Shown piece by piece: positions 1 through 14,254 of a stretch of 64,000 nt of DNA. The number at the start of each line of letters is the position of its first letter. Within the stretch, counting starts at the first letter, position 1. The stretch spans positions 806,001 through 870,000 of the forward strand of contig NW_002060965.1 of the NCBI RefSeq assembly GCF_000150275.1, in the 5' to 3' direction. The translations under genes and the position numbers were made by a program. Source of the DNA: Trichoplax adhaerens (Eukaryota; Animalia; Placozoa). Under the pieces are notes generated by a model that was given only the letters and a program-made list of their open reading frames with translations, was not told where the DNA came from and ran no database searches.

Positions 1-51
1 CGGTTCGATCCTGTAGGGCGTGTTTGCAATAAAATCTTTAAAATCTTCCAT
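1..51 (-). CDS. Possible start of a gene running off the left window edge (MEDFKDFIANTPYRIEP...)
   Basis: ATG at 51 (minus strand) opens 17 sense codons to the edge, just after a possible acceptor (tttcag). Too short to identify. Confidence 0.2.
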   Translation of the reverse strand, partial: MEDFKDFIANTPYRIEP

Positions 52-3000
52 CTTCAATCCTGAAACATCTACATATCGTGTTTGATAGTCTTAGATCTAC
101 TATAGGACCACGCACACTACATACTAAACAAGTGCATATTACACAATTTACATCATAAGCCTCGATCTTATACGGCCATGTTATAAAAAAAGTAAAGGAT
201 CTTGACTATTTATCCAGTAAAGTAGTGGGCGACCAGCTGATGGAAGTCTGCAGATACGAAGAGTGATTGATTGCGACTTCTTGAAGGCCACAAGTGCAAT
301 CAAAACAGAATAGGTAAATTGTTTTAAAAGTATTGATCATGGCATCGAATCTTCCTATTCGAGAAAAGCTTACCAGCAAGATGCAAAGTGCCATTTTAGA
401 GACTGGAAAGTTAGCTAGACATGTACAGCCAGGATGGAAAACTAACGAAGTTAGTATAAAAATGGATGATTATCCATTTATTAAACCTAAAGAATGATGA
501 ATGGAGGATACTAACAACTAATAAAATCAATACACTCATGTTAATGTTATATAAGTAAATGCAAAATAACATGTGCTCGCTTACCAGATTACCTAGTCAA
601 CAGGATCTATTGCATACCAGATTGACATTTGACATGCAATGATAGCGACCACAATGTCTACCATTACTATCCATATCTTACGGAGCCAGTCATTATATTA
701 ATTATTATACGCAATTTCTAATAGATGCGTACTGATGTGATAAGCTCGGACCTAAGATGATTTCCACGGCATAGTGTTATGCTACTGTAATTGCATGATA
801 CTGTTAGTAAATGTAGTAATAAAAAATAAGACAACTGATTGTGAATGTGGTAAAATATACGTCATCATAACGATGACCACTTATCATAACACGTTATAAC
901 ATGGTGAAATTATAATCTACGATCTCAAGGGCATCACTCAAGCTGTTAAATATACTTGTATGCAAGAAATACATTTGAAAAATGCAGTGGATGTGAGTAT
1001 TCAATAGGCCTTAAACGATTCAACTTTTAGCAATTGTAATAGCATAACAAATTAGGGGAAGAAGTGATAGAACGTAGAAATTGATCATACGCGTATTATG
1101 CTTTCTCAACTACGATGTATAATGTTATACACGATTACTGAAATATTATCTAGAATTCCCAAAAATTAAAAGATCAAATTGAAAAGATGAGAATACAGTA
1201 AGTATTAACTCACAAATGAAGACTAACTTATATCACTGTACTTGTACAGAATCCATCATTTGCTACAATTTTTGAATCTAATCAGTGGTATCATTCCTAT
1301 TCTAGGTCCAATGACATTGAATGCAAGTACGACTTAGGATCGATAGAATAATAATAAATTATACTTTTTAACTCTTTCATCAATTGCTGCTATTATTGTA
1401 ACACAAAGTGCCAATACTGTACTCGTCTATTAGCTATTAGCTAACGTACATGAAGTGATCTAGTATAGACATCAACGAAGCAGTCTTTAAATTGCATCAA
1501 CATTATTTCAATAGAATTTATTGAAATTTGTATCTTTATAATTTTAAGGTAGTTCTACTAATCTGCTCAATTACATTTAATATTTCAGTTTGGAACGCTT
1601 AAACGCCATCACAGACTGCCTAGCGACTATCCCTCATATCGCTGATGATACCTCTATCAATAATTAATAGTTAATGAATTACTGATTAAAAAATATTTAA
1701 GACATTAGCAAATACCAATTTACTTCGTACCTTCCTCAGTCATATTCAAACTGGAAAAATTAAGACAACATTTACATAAATACGTACGAATACTATATCA
1801 ATTGATTGTCATAGATGCCTACAAAGATTCTCGAAAAAAATCGTTGCAGTACAGTATATAAAATAATAAAACTTTAACGGATCTTTATTCTCACTATAAA
1901 AATAGAACGGCAATGTAAAAAACAAACTGAACATTTTACGTATTACCTATTAAATTGTATAAATATTAGCGATATAGATATAGCTAAAAAAGTAATTAAT
2001 TTCTTATAATCTCTGTTTATCTCTTGATGATGCCTAACAAATTATTAGCCTGTGTCTTGTATCAAATTGTACATTTTAAAATTCGTAATTCTTAAATGTT
2101 ATCGCAATCTTATAAATACTGTAGTGGCGATTTTTTATATTTACAATTGTCTTACTACACCTGATATCACGCAAGTCTTATTCACAGCTTATTTTAAAGC
2201 GCTTACAATATGTATTGACAGTAAACGTGTCACATGCAAGTAAATATTTCAATCACTTGTGATTTCATATAAAGCGACACAGTATTCTGGAGAATAAAGC
2301 ATCTATCTTGAAGTTTCGAGTTACAGGTTTAATATTGTCCACTATAAGTGAAAGAAGTCTAAACCTTCAGTATACAGTATATACGCGTATAGGTTAAGAT
2401 AACTAATCTTGAATATGCTGACGTCGAATAATAGATTATGACTATTTTTAAAATTCGCTCTGAAGCACTTTATTAATTAATGGATTAATTAATTACATTT
2501 AGCAACACTGTTCGCTTATATTGGAATGTTACGTACAGTATACTCATGAAAGGAAAAGCTGCTGTCTCATGAAAGCATAATACATCTATAATTCTTATAC
2601 ACTTTATAGATTCCAATCAATAAACAGGGTATCTGAATAAAAAATAATATTTACGAGTAAACAAACAAATTTCAAGAGAGGTTTTGACATATAAATACGC
2701 ACTAGAAATTTGTAATAACGTTTACATATATATATCCTCATTTATCTTGTAGTAGTTTAATACTACTATTTAAATTCGTAAAAATCTGTCTCTAAATCCA
2801 CAGGTATAAAAATCTACTATAAAATGAAATACATGACATATATAGGATAATTAAATTTTAACCGAAATATCTTTATTGATCAAAACATACCGCGTAAAAT
2901 TCATCAGATCATGATTCTCAGTATTATTATATTAATCTTAATCTAAATATACCATTTAGGTATCTAATTTATTGAGCAAAAAATTTTTATGCTATATAAT

Positions 3001-3127
3001 TGACAAAAGTATTACCGTATAAATTCACGAACTTTATAGAGTATTCCGTTTGATAGCGCAGAAATATATTATATGGATCCAATTAGCATAAACATCTACT
3101 AAGGCTAGGTGAAGAGTTTTATCGATT

Positions 3128-6100
3128 TTAAGTCTCCTCGACCTCATTTTCAGAGATAGTAGTAATCAACTTTTGGTAATATTCCGCTGCTGCTTCGTTA
3201 CCAACTTGCCTACAATGTCTGGCATATTCTTCGTACATTACGTCAACCATTTTTGCTAAAAGATAGAATTAATTGCAAGGGCAAATTTTCTTAAACTGAG
3301 TTGAAAACATTATAGATAGCCAACTATTGGAAGATTGTAATCTATATAAACAGGTGACTAATTTAAAATTTTTTCATATCTAGATACCAAGAGGTTTGTA
3401 TTCCATGTCTAAAACTTTAAATTCTGTACAGGCTTCTAGGAATAATATCGCCCTGTCGAAAAGGCGTAGACTGGAAAAGGAAAAACAAAGATTTTATACA
3501 CTATATCAAAATCCTAAATTAAAAAAAATGATAGGACAATACTCCTTACCTATAAAGTAATTCCAAAACTTTAGTAAAATCGCATAAAGAAAGTGCTACT
3601 AAGATTGCTTGATCCTAAAATAAATGAAAAATAAATTTTTATGATGAAACACTTTCCATTCTATCAAATCAATGTAGCAATTGAGTTTTTCTGACCTCTT
3701 GCGTAGAATTTAGTAAACTATCTATCCATTGTCTATACATATCAAAACATTCATTGGAGCTTAATGTAGCCTACATGATGAAAAAATGTACAGATATAGG
3801 TTTACGTATGAGATTTTATATTTTTATAGTAATATTATATAGATTCGTAGTATAAACCAAAGACATTCCATATACCTTGGCTAACCAAGCTGCTTTATCC
3901 CATTCACCATAAGTTTGCAAATAACGACATGCATCTACATTTTTTCCAATAAGACATAGTAGCTGTACTCCCTCATATAGCCGACCGTTTGCTATTAAAT
4001 TCGTGGCAACTAACTTAACAGTACTTTGAGCAGCACCCGATGTACATATTGTAGCTGTAAGACATGCTCTATGATTTAAAGCATAAAAATTAATAAGTAT
4101 CGGTCAAGAGTTGCAAACAAACTTAAAATGTGTACAACACCGTAAAGTATAAATTGTAGCTGACCGTAAAGAATCGGCGTAATAATTTTCATCACTGGGA
4201 TTAGTTTCAAGCAATAGCTTAATCGCACGATCCACCTTTACAAGTGCGTACAAAAAAAGATAGAGTTAGTTATCACTTATCTGTCAGTAATTAACTGCAT
4301 CGAAATCAACATTCACTTTGATAATTTGAAAGTACATCTGTTCAAAGAATTTATAGATTCATGAATTACAGTATATAATATACCTGCCCAAGTAGAATAA
4401 GGTTACATTCACATTTGTTTGTTTGCGCATAAGAAGTACGTTTGGCATCATGTAAAAATGCTCTTTCCAATTGATCTTTCTAAAATAAAAGACGTAAAAA
4501 ATTTAATTAACTTCGTTAGATTTCACCAAGCCAACTTGATATAACCTCTCTCAATATTTCGTTTAATTACGTATCAAACAGATTATAAACTTATCTGCTT
4601 CATAAACAATTACTGTTATTTTACCCGAAAGATTTTACGATTGCGCAGTAAATCGTAACAGGTATCCAGCGAAGCATCTATTTACAGCAAAGTACATTTA
4701 TAGATTGATTTCTAATAAAAAATTTTACAATTTTTCAAAAACTTAGCTTACCTAGACTGCAATTGGATGAATCACTTAATTTAGCACTAGTGTCGACATC
4801 ATCATTTACGTGCGCTTTTCGTAGATAATGTAGAGCTAGCGTCCAAAATTCAATTTCGCTTTGATCTCCAAAAAGTCTAATTATTACACATGATTACAGC
4901 AAATAACATTAAGTTGTGATATTAGAAGCTGCATACTTAATTATTTTAAGAATGTACTGCAGCCGTATATTTATTTCTTGACTAACTTGGCAGTAATTAA
5001 GCATCTTTGAGCGGTGCCAAAAGGTGCATTTTCTACATAGTCTGTCAATCCACTGAAAGTAAAAAATGAAAAATATATTTGTTTTAATTTCAGTTAAAGT
5101 TTCACATATGTGCAATAATTTTCGGTTAATGAATGTTGTGTATCATTGTAAACCTTACTTTGGTAATAGCGACAGTTGTTGCATTACTACATCGGCTAAG
5201 TCATTATCATTCGTTTCAATAGCCCTAGAAAATATAAATTTCATCGTATCTAAATAAAACTTTAATAGTATGTAATTACTGTGTTTCTTAACTCACTCAA
5301 TTGGAGATTTAAATCCGTAAGTTTTATTCCAAGGCTGATGTTGAAGTAGTTGTTTAATTAAAAAGGAAACTTTCGGCGCTATGAGGTACGCATTGAATGA
5401 TGTATCTAATAAAATTTAGCAGATATAAATGAAACATGATCGAATCGGAATAGACATGAATTACTGTAATCTAATTAGATATTTTACAGGGTAAGATTTC
5501 ATTTGATGGTATCGGAGAAGTGGCCGTATTTAATGTAGCATCTAGAATTCTTAAACATCCGTCTTCATACAGAGCGACAACTTTGTCTGATGCAGCCCAA
5601 TCAACATCAATAATCTGCAGTCCACCTTTACTAATCTTTAAACTGTGCAGACATTCTCTCTAAAATTATTACAAAATAGCTAGATGTAATTGTTGATAAT
5701 ATACTAACAGATGTAAAATAAGAGTAAAATTCTAATGATTTTTCGTACACGTAATGCATCCCATATATCTACACCATCGTTAAATAAGAGAACCACTTTA
5801 AGATTGCCCTTTCCGGGAGATATTCGTAGTCGACGAATGCTGCCACGATGTGATTGGACTACCCTATAATATTTCAATTAAGTTGTTTATAGCCATATGT
5901 TTACTATCAATAATTTATAATTTACGTATTATTAGCTAATAGTAGAAAAACCTTGACAATCTTGCTTTAAGATCCCAAACAATTAAGGAGCCATCAGTAT
6001 CTCCCATAATTATCAAATCGTTCTTCCATACCATATCGTTAACTGTACTAACTCCTCCCTATTAGATAATGTACATCAGAAATACAGTATAAATACGATA

Positions 6101-9100
6101 TTACTTCATACCAATATGTTGAGGAAGCGGTAGTGTTACATAAACCGATAACGTTACGTACACCACCGGGGATTTTCGATCCGTCTTTAATTGTATTTCC
6201 ATTAATCATAAAATGATACAAGACACCCTCTCCACTAATGTAAACGAAATGCTCTACTGTCGATCCTTGCTATAATAAAAGTATTTTTAGAAAAGGTAAC
6301 GAATTAAATGAAGTCGCTAAATTAATCACTATAATTGAAATCTTATTATCGTACTTGATTAGATGTGTTAGTCTCAATTGTAATAGAACTTTCTGAATCT
6401 ATTGATGACGAGGTATCGGAACTTTGAGGCTTTTTTTTATTGCTAGATGAGTGCCATACCTTAACATTTACAAATAAAATAATTTAGACATAGAAGTTTA
6501 TATGCAACATTTAATAATGTTCATTTCTGGCTTACTAGTGACGTAGGATAAGGAAAATTTTTGGGCATATCTCTAATTAGACTTCCATTTTGTAAGTCCC
6601 AAATTTCAAGCGGGCGATCTTTAAAAGAAACGATGAAGTATTGCCTGCAAGTATGATGCTATTAACTAGTGCATTGTAAACGCATTAATCAATTTTATTA
6701 TAATTGCACTTTATGTTTCGCAACGAATAATACCTCAAATGAGATACTCTAACTGATTCTAGAGACGATGAGTCATTAGCATAGTTTCGAATTTTATTAA
6801 TATAACCTTAGAATAACGTAAAAAATTCGAAACATTAATATCTAATAATGGTTGTACAATCTTAAAAATGTAGTATATTTAAAAGTTATAGCTAACGGAA
6901 TCGATTTTTAGTGAATAACACATCTACAATACTAACCATTTCTTAAGTCGAGAATAACTATTTCGTTTCTGTAAGTATTTGAATTCAAGGAAGTGTTACT
7001 ATGACCATAAAGCAGTAGTCTACACTCACCAATCCACTCAATTCCCCTAGGGTCATACAACATAATTAACGTTATGCTACATCAAATTGACGTTTAAATT
7101 GTAACTATCCCTACATAAAATTAACTTTGCTAAAATAAATATCATACTTTATAGACACGGTTAAAACAGAGAATTCTTTAGTAAGGAATCCATTAGATAA
7201 GTCAAAAATATGTACATAGCCTGAATTGTTACCTGAATGAGGTTAAGATGGATTTTAAAAAATACAATTTTCCCGTGCTAGCAGGCTACACGTTAGTAAC
7301 CAAATAGAAAAATACTAGTCTTACCAACAGCTAATAGCGGCTTATAATATGATAGGTTTTTCGTTGTTAGCGGAGGGCACATTCGAAGACAGGTGGGTTT
7401 AACAGAATTTCCGCAATAAAGAGCAGTCATAATCATTTTTACATCGATAACATATTGCTGGATTTTTTCTATATCGTCAGAGGCATAATGCTGATGGAAT
7501 AGTAGATCAAAGAGAGTTGTCATATTTTCTCATATAGCCAATTAATTCTAGTATAAAATGATAACTTACACGAATGGGAAAATGGGGTGCAATCATGTCC
7601 GATAAGCAACACCACAGGGTATCTTTGATGTTGACCATTTCATTAGTTACTCCTAAACGGAAAACAAATCTGTTAGCAACTTCTAATAAAAACTAATTCC
7701 AATTACAATGCAGGATTATACAAGTCTAACCATTAATTTTTGGCAACGCTAGGTTGTACATTGATTTGTCGTTGGCGAATATCGCACTCTCAACAATGGA
7801 AGCGTCAAATAGATTCGATTTAGTGGATGTTTCAGAGGTTATCATTAGCCTCCATTTCAGCAGGCGTCCATCGCTTAAGAGTAATATGACATCATTTTCA
7901 GTGATGGGAGAACAGCCGAATCCAACTACTCGACAGCTTTTAGTAATGCGAATAGAATCCGTCTGATAGTGTGAATCGTATATGATATCTTCTGGGCTAG
8001 CCCATGAATTTACACTTTCATCTGGGTTTGCGCTAACATTATCGGCAAGACCAGAATTGCTATAATCAGCACTTAAGCGAGGAGATAATGAAACTGAATC
8101 TAAAAAGTGAAATTTCGAATCTTGAGAGTTGCAACTAATCCATGATGAAACTCGACGTATCCTTGTAGATATACTTCCGTTTTCATGGAGGCAAAATAAG
8201 ACATTCCTCTGACGGCATGAATATATCTACATAATTAGAGATTTTAGTCACTAACTGGAATAAAATTAAACTAATACAAATGAAATAAATTTCATAAAAT
8301 ATCAGTTCAATGAGTTTGCATACCTGCATAAAAGGGGAAAGATTTCTTTCTAGATTTATTTGTCCAATTACCAGTTTCATTTCGAGATCAAATACTAATA
8401 TCAAACGGGCAAATACGATGAAAACATGATGACGGCAAGCAGAAGTAAATTGCATTTGTATACAATCCAATAGTGACGGTTCATCTTGCCTAATGAATAA
8501 TCAAGAGAGGCAATATGTATTTACGAAAAAAAGTTATATCCGAACTTTAATACCAGTTTGAAGAGTACATACTTCGATGTGGGGTCAGGAAGAGAAGGAC
8601 GCTTTGTATTATCAGATCTGTTGGAATTTTTGTTTTTGCCAGAAACATTCGATACCTTCATTAAGAATCTTCGAGACTTGGTAGTTGTAGTTGTTTCTGA
8701 GGTATTAACATTATCCGGTAGAGGATCTTCTATAGTATAAACGGTATCATTTGTTTGAATTCCAAATGCTATTAAAGGATTAACTTGACCAGGAGAATGT
8801 GTTGTGTTAAAGTCAGTAATGTGGATGAAATGATCCGGTGCTAGAACTATTGAATACATGAATAGTCAAAATTAAAAATTGCATCATGTTTATAGTACAT
8901 CATAAGAGTCACGAAGTTTAAATTGAGCATTGTACAGATATTACGTCTTGCCATATCAAAGAGTAAAATTGAATGTAAGTAATTAATTCAACTATATCCC
9001 AATCAGTTAAGCAAGTTGTTATACAAATTTTGAAAGGTATAAACTATTACCTAATACGTTGGATAGATTAAACGGATCGAAAGCAAAGTATTTTAGTGTT

Positions 9101-11360
9101 TCATGAAATGTTTTTTGCCATAGCGACGTGCCAGTGTTCCCATTCCACAAAATAATAGTTGACGGTAAATGCAAAACAGCTAACAGATCACGTGAAGCTT
9201 GCTGAGAAGGAAACCATTCCAAATGACCAACGGCGGATGTCCCCGGTTTAAAAAAACGTGCAATTACGCTACCGTCATGCACATTCCACACAATAACATT
9301 TCCAGCTTGATCTGCTGACGCTAAACGCAAGGTATACGGTGATCCAAGACTATGATGATAATTTTCTAATGACCATTTAACCTATGAAATATCCATTATA
9401 AAATTAGGTATTACAGGAGATGAAGTAGAATCATAGTTAGTGTATTATAACAAATTGTGTTGCATGTAGAATTAAAACAATCAATAGGAATATTGATAGA
9501 TACTGTGGCTTAATTTAATAATAGTTTATGTTGATATCTAATGATGGCACTATAATGTTAATGATCCTATAAACAGAAATGGGAAGCGATGGCTAGTGAT
9601 AAGATTACAAGCTAAGATTTCTTATTTTTGTAGTATCGAATAGAGTATCTATTTCAAGATTTGTAACTTTTCAAAAAAAGTGTTGATCGCCTCTATCGCT
9701 ACGACTAACTAAATACAAGTACAAGTTGCATCATACACAGGCCAACAATTTTACCTTGACTACACAAGCCGGATGTCCTACAAGTGTTTGAAGAGCCTGC
9801 AGGATTAGAGAGAAGAATACTTAGAATTGCGCAATATAGTATACTTACATCGCAGTTTATGTATTGATATTGTCATCCAATCATCAAAGAATTGACTTTT
9901 ATATGCTACATGATGGAATGCGGTGTAGGTACAGAAAGAAAATATTACTTAAATACTGGGTATAGTAGTGTCTTGAAGGGTGATGTTAGTAAATATGTAA
10001 TAATACGCTGAGTATGAATAACCAACATGTCTATTTTCGCATCTATAAAATATCTACGATCCATGTATAATCGGATAGTAATAATTGCCTCATTAGTATA
10101 AATGTTATCATTCAATTGCTTGACACATATATCTTGTCATTGTACACAAAATTATTGGGTTTATTTCTTCCTTCCAATTCATCATGATTTTGAATAGTAA
10201 GTCATTTCATTCATAACAAGATGATTCGATATGTATCGTACCATATGTTGGAGATATTCTGCTCGTCAAATTACGCTAAGAGATTTCTTCATTACCTCTA
10301 TGATGTAGTTCAATCACTAAAGTATAAATTGATACAAAGTCTATTTTGCGTCTAAATTACGGGTACACTACATCTAGACATGTACATATATAAGTCTATA
10401 TTGCAACTCAAATTGAGACTAGCAGTTTGTGAGAGTTTCCTTTCAATTGATCAAGAGTTCAAACGAACATCTACTTTATGGTATCAAGGTTAGGCTATAA
10501 AAATATAATCAAGCAAGATTAAAGTGATCCGCTGCAACTTACCCTAAATGAGACAATATCGATGACAATTACGTTCTTATCACATCCGTAGGCGAAGAGA
10601 GACTGCCATCCCCTGTCAATTCATTAAAAATTGATGAGATTGTAGAAAACTAGAAGCAGATTTATTTATTTACGCTAACTCGTGACTGTCATTCCTTATC
10701 CATTATTTAAAGACGTGAATGTCTACTGGGTAGAACATTTTGCATTGGTATGACTTGTCAATTGAGCCCTACTGGAAAAGATGATTCTGTCATATCATGA
10801 TCGACCCTCAAATGAACCCTAATAATTACTGTAAGTCATTGAGTCGCTTGGATCTATTTTTCATACCCTATCCGTGATTAAAATGATGATGAAACAGTCA
10901 GTCATTTATCATTGATGTGTGTCTATTATAACTATAGAAATGGGAGAGAATTTTACTATCAAAGCGTCCGCTCTTACGATAGCTGGCGTACAGTATGATA
11001 TGTTACAGCCCTGATGGCGACTTTGAAAAATAACAACATCTGATATGTCCAAGTTTACTTTGGTATTTTTCATCTTGGACAGATGAGCTTTTAATGACTA
11101 CTGCGGCAACTCTAGACTATTGAACGATATGATTATCCTAGCATGAATAGCTCGATTGACAAGACAATCATGACGAAGAATTGAATACTAATAGCATGGA
11201 CAGTGAAAGAGAGAGAGAGAGTGGATTGCATAAGCATTTACCAATCGCAAGCTCCACGATTGCCTTCATTGATAGCACCGGGTAGAGTTCTTGGAGGCAC
11301 TTTGATGACTGTATTCCAAGTTTCATTGGCCACAGGAGTAGCTTTACCTTTATCGGACAT
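3128..11360 (-). CDS. WDR11: WD repeat-containing protein 11 (multi-exon, >20 short introns)
   Basis: Exon 1 11360-11242 MSDKGKATPV...PPRTLPGAINEGNRGACDW; exon 2 from 10612 GWQSLFAYGCDKNVIVID; exon from ~9382 VKWSLENYHHSLGSPYTLRLASADQAGNVIVW...SRDLLAVLH...FDPF. These match the vertebrate WDR11 N-terminus (RTLTGALN..DWGWQGLIAYGC..KVKW..ENYHHNIGSPYCLRLASAD). Last exon MYEEYARHCRQVGNEAAAEYY...EET, stop TAA 3130-3128. Junctions checked are GT-AG. Confidence 0.95.
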
Positions 11361-11539
11361 TGCACTGGATTGATACCAATCTATGCTATATCAACTAATT
11401 TTAATGGAATTTCCTGTAGAAAGATTTCTTGAGCGAAATGAGCTTTCAATTGGCTTCTTCAATGCTTTCAAAAGTTCAAAACAAGCTTGGCTTTGGCATC
11501 CAAGACGTGCTGTTCTCTTGAGCGCTTTAGCGGAGGAAT

Positions 11540-12060
11540 ACAGTGTCGTGTCGTACAGTACGACTTTCTACTTTACAGTACAGTATGACGATCTGGTACA
11601 GACGACCGATATCAGTACAGTACGGTAGTCCGCCGTATTGTATCGTAAAATACAGTACAGTACGAACTGTCTTGCTACAGTGTACAGTACTGTAGAGTAC
11701 GGTATACTGTACAGTACAGTAGTACGTACAGTACTGTACTGTACAGTACATCTCTTAGGTAAAGTACTGTACGGTACTGTACTGTACTGTACTGTACTGT
11801 ACTGTACAGTACTTGATATCAAGGACTAGTTTGCCGTATCGTATCGTACAAGTTCTGTACCGTACTGTACAGTACGAACTGTCTTGCGTCTACAGTACTG
11901 TGTACTGTACAAGACGAGTCAAACTACTGTACTGTACTGTACAGTACTGTGACAATACAGGGATCTACCATAGTACAGTACAGTACTGTACAGTACGCGT
12001 AGCGTAACTGCGTAAGTACAGTACATTGTACTGCACTTAGCCTACTGTACACTGTATCGG
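11540..12060. repeat. TACAG/CTGTA pentamer island in the WDR11-SPC24 divergent intergenic region
   Basis: Dense tacag/actgt units in both orientations; perfect (ACTGT)6 at 11776-11805; many TGTACA/AGTACT palindromic junctions. Confidence 0.9.
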
Positions 12061-12396
12061 AATTTCAAACGAACGGAGGGAGACTTGAAAATTTTGAAAA
12101 GTTGCTCCAGTTTGCTGCGTATCCCAAGTACGAATATTGACTGCCAATGATTCCACTCGCCTACTCTTGATGCTTTTCGTCTGAAAGCCTGCCACAGAAC
12201 TATCCTCAGCCAAAGCCACAACAATCTCATCCCAGAGGAGCAACTAAGTATTACTGTAAAGCATCGCCTTTCTATCTGGTGTTGATTCAATTTGTACACT
12301 ACAGTCAGATAGACGTGGAATAGTGAAGCACCAAAGTCGAGCAACGAAAGGCAAATATTTTTCAACCAATGGTTGATAGCAACAGTAAGCGACAAG

Positions 12397-12966
12397 ATGG
12401 AGGAAAAATTAACCCAAGCCATAGAATCAATCAGTCTTAGTGAAGCAGACAGCGAAACAAAAGTATTAATAGATATAAGTAATCAAGTCATTAGCCTAAA
12501 AATGCAATATGAGAAAGAAATGATTTCCATTCGGAAGCAAATTGAAACGTTGAAGGCTAAAGCAGCTCAAGAGAAACAACAAGCAGAAAATCAAGCGGAG
12601 AATGATCACTTTTATTCGAAAGCTATTGAAAATTTACAAAAGAAATATCAGGAATTAGAACAATCATCACGGTCGGCTAACTTGAGAAATGATAATGACG
12701 CCACCAAGTTAAATCAACTCATTCAGCAAAAGGAATCGACAAGCAAAGATCGTAAAACTGTTGAAACTCAAGTCATGGAAAAAACCAAATGTAAGCAATT
12801 CTTCGATCTGTACACAAACATCTCTGGAATTGAATGGAATTACCATTGTTCCGCAGATCAAATCAAAGGTGTTATAATGTACGAAAATGACTGCAAACCC
12901 TTCGCTTTAAATGTATCTGAAAATACTGACTTTGAAATGACCAATAAACTATGGCAATTGTTATGA
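12397..12966 (+). CDS. SPC24: Kinetochore NDC80-complex subunit Spc24 (single coding exon, 189 aa)
   Basis: First ATG at 12397 within ORF 12373-12966. Long coiled coil, then LYTNISGIEWNYHCSADQIKG...FEMTNKLWQLL, matching the Spc24 globular domain (LYHQVSKIEWDYECEPGMVKG...FISDYLWSLV). AATAAA at ~13003. Confidence 0.85.
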   Translation: MEEKLTQAIESISLSEADSETKVLIDISNQVISLKMQYEKEMISIRKQIETLKAKAAQEKQQAENQAENDHFYSKAIENLQKKYQELEQSSRSANLRNDNDATKLNQLIQQKESTSKDRKTVETQVMEKTKCKQFFDLYTNISGIEWNYHCSADQIKGVIMYENDCKPFALNVSENTDFEMTNKLWQLL

Positions 12967-14254
12967 AGAAGGATCATTCTACGTATCATGACGCTATTTT
13001 GTAATAAAGACTTGAACATCGAAATACTGTACGCACAAACTTATCATGACTGTCTATCATAGACTATCATAGTCAGTTCATAGCGTAGATAGCACTGTAT
13101 AAATGATGATACAGCGAGCGGCTCATTCTTTTCTATCTATGATAATCTTATGACAGACATGTCGATATATGTAGTGTTCTCGTTCCAGTTTTAATTTAGA
13201 AGTCAATGTTTATCTTATAAAAATGCAAGTAGAAGTACTGTAGAATTTTTGCCCTCAAGCAGCCATTTACCAGAGCGACCAACTTGCTTACGCGTATTTC
13301 TAAAGTGGTCAGCTATTTGCCCACTTGATAGCCTTTTACTATGTTTCCAATACTACAGTATATGTCCTTTTTGTACGTAAATATCGGACAAAATTTTGCA
13401 TTGATAAAACTTAATGTATTAATAGTACCACGCTACTGTTATTTTTACATTTCAATCCTGCCTCATGTTTGCTAATATTCTATATATCGAATAAAAAAAC
13501 AATTTTATTCCAGATTATCATGAATCCCTTATTCTGTCATAATGCAGTATACCTTATATTTACGGTACACATCATGCATCATACAGCATCAATGAATTAT
13601 ACATTTGTTAGAAGATACAGAATAAGGGTGTAAAACTTTACTGTCCAGTATTTATTACTCAATCTCAGTATTGTAACGTTAACTGGATGACTGAATCTAG
13701 CTATTGGTAAACATCGACATAGAAATAAATTGTAGGAAAAAATAGAGTGCAATCATTAAATTATAAATGCATCAAACTACGACTAAAATATTGTTCTATT
13801 TAACATTTTCAATAAAATAATAAAGTACCGTTAATACATAACTCGTAGCAGTTGAATGTATACAAATAAATCATGATACCGTGTATTGCATAATTAAATC
13901 AAATTATCTATTGTATAAGAATTTCAAAAGCGTATTATATTATACGGCAAAATTGAACGTTGTAGACATTCCAATGGAAATGTCATGGCGCGATATGTAT
14001 ATCGAAGCAATCGATAATACCATTAATGCGAACACTAACTACACCAAATTGAACTAAATTTAATCTGTTAGACAGCAATTCTACATGCGAGCACAACGCG
14101 TGTTTTAGTGATAGTGCATTAATTTTACTACTACAAGTAGCAGTTTCTAACATGTTATCTAATCTTATTCATTCCCGTAAGAGCAATCTTTGCAGATTAC
14201 TTATCGGGGATAGCTTTGAATAAAAATTGAATTCCTACAGCATAGATACAATCT

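Noticed and set aside
7232-7335. Possible U12 intron in WDR11 (tcttaac near the acceptor)
   Set aside because: The donor is gtaaga, a standard U2 site.
11383-12007. Several ORFs rich in YCTVQYST repeats on both strands (also 20264-20626, 21597-21788, 31855-32630)
   Set aside because: These are translations of the stop-poor TACAG/CTGTA pentamer, not genes.
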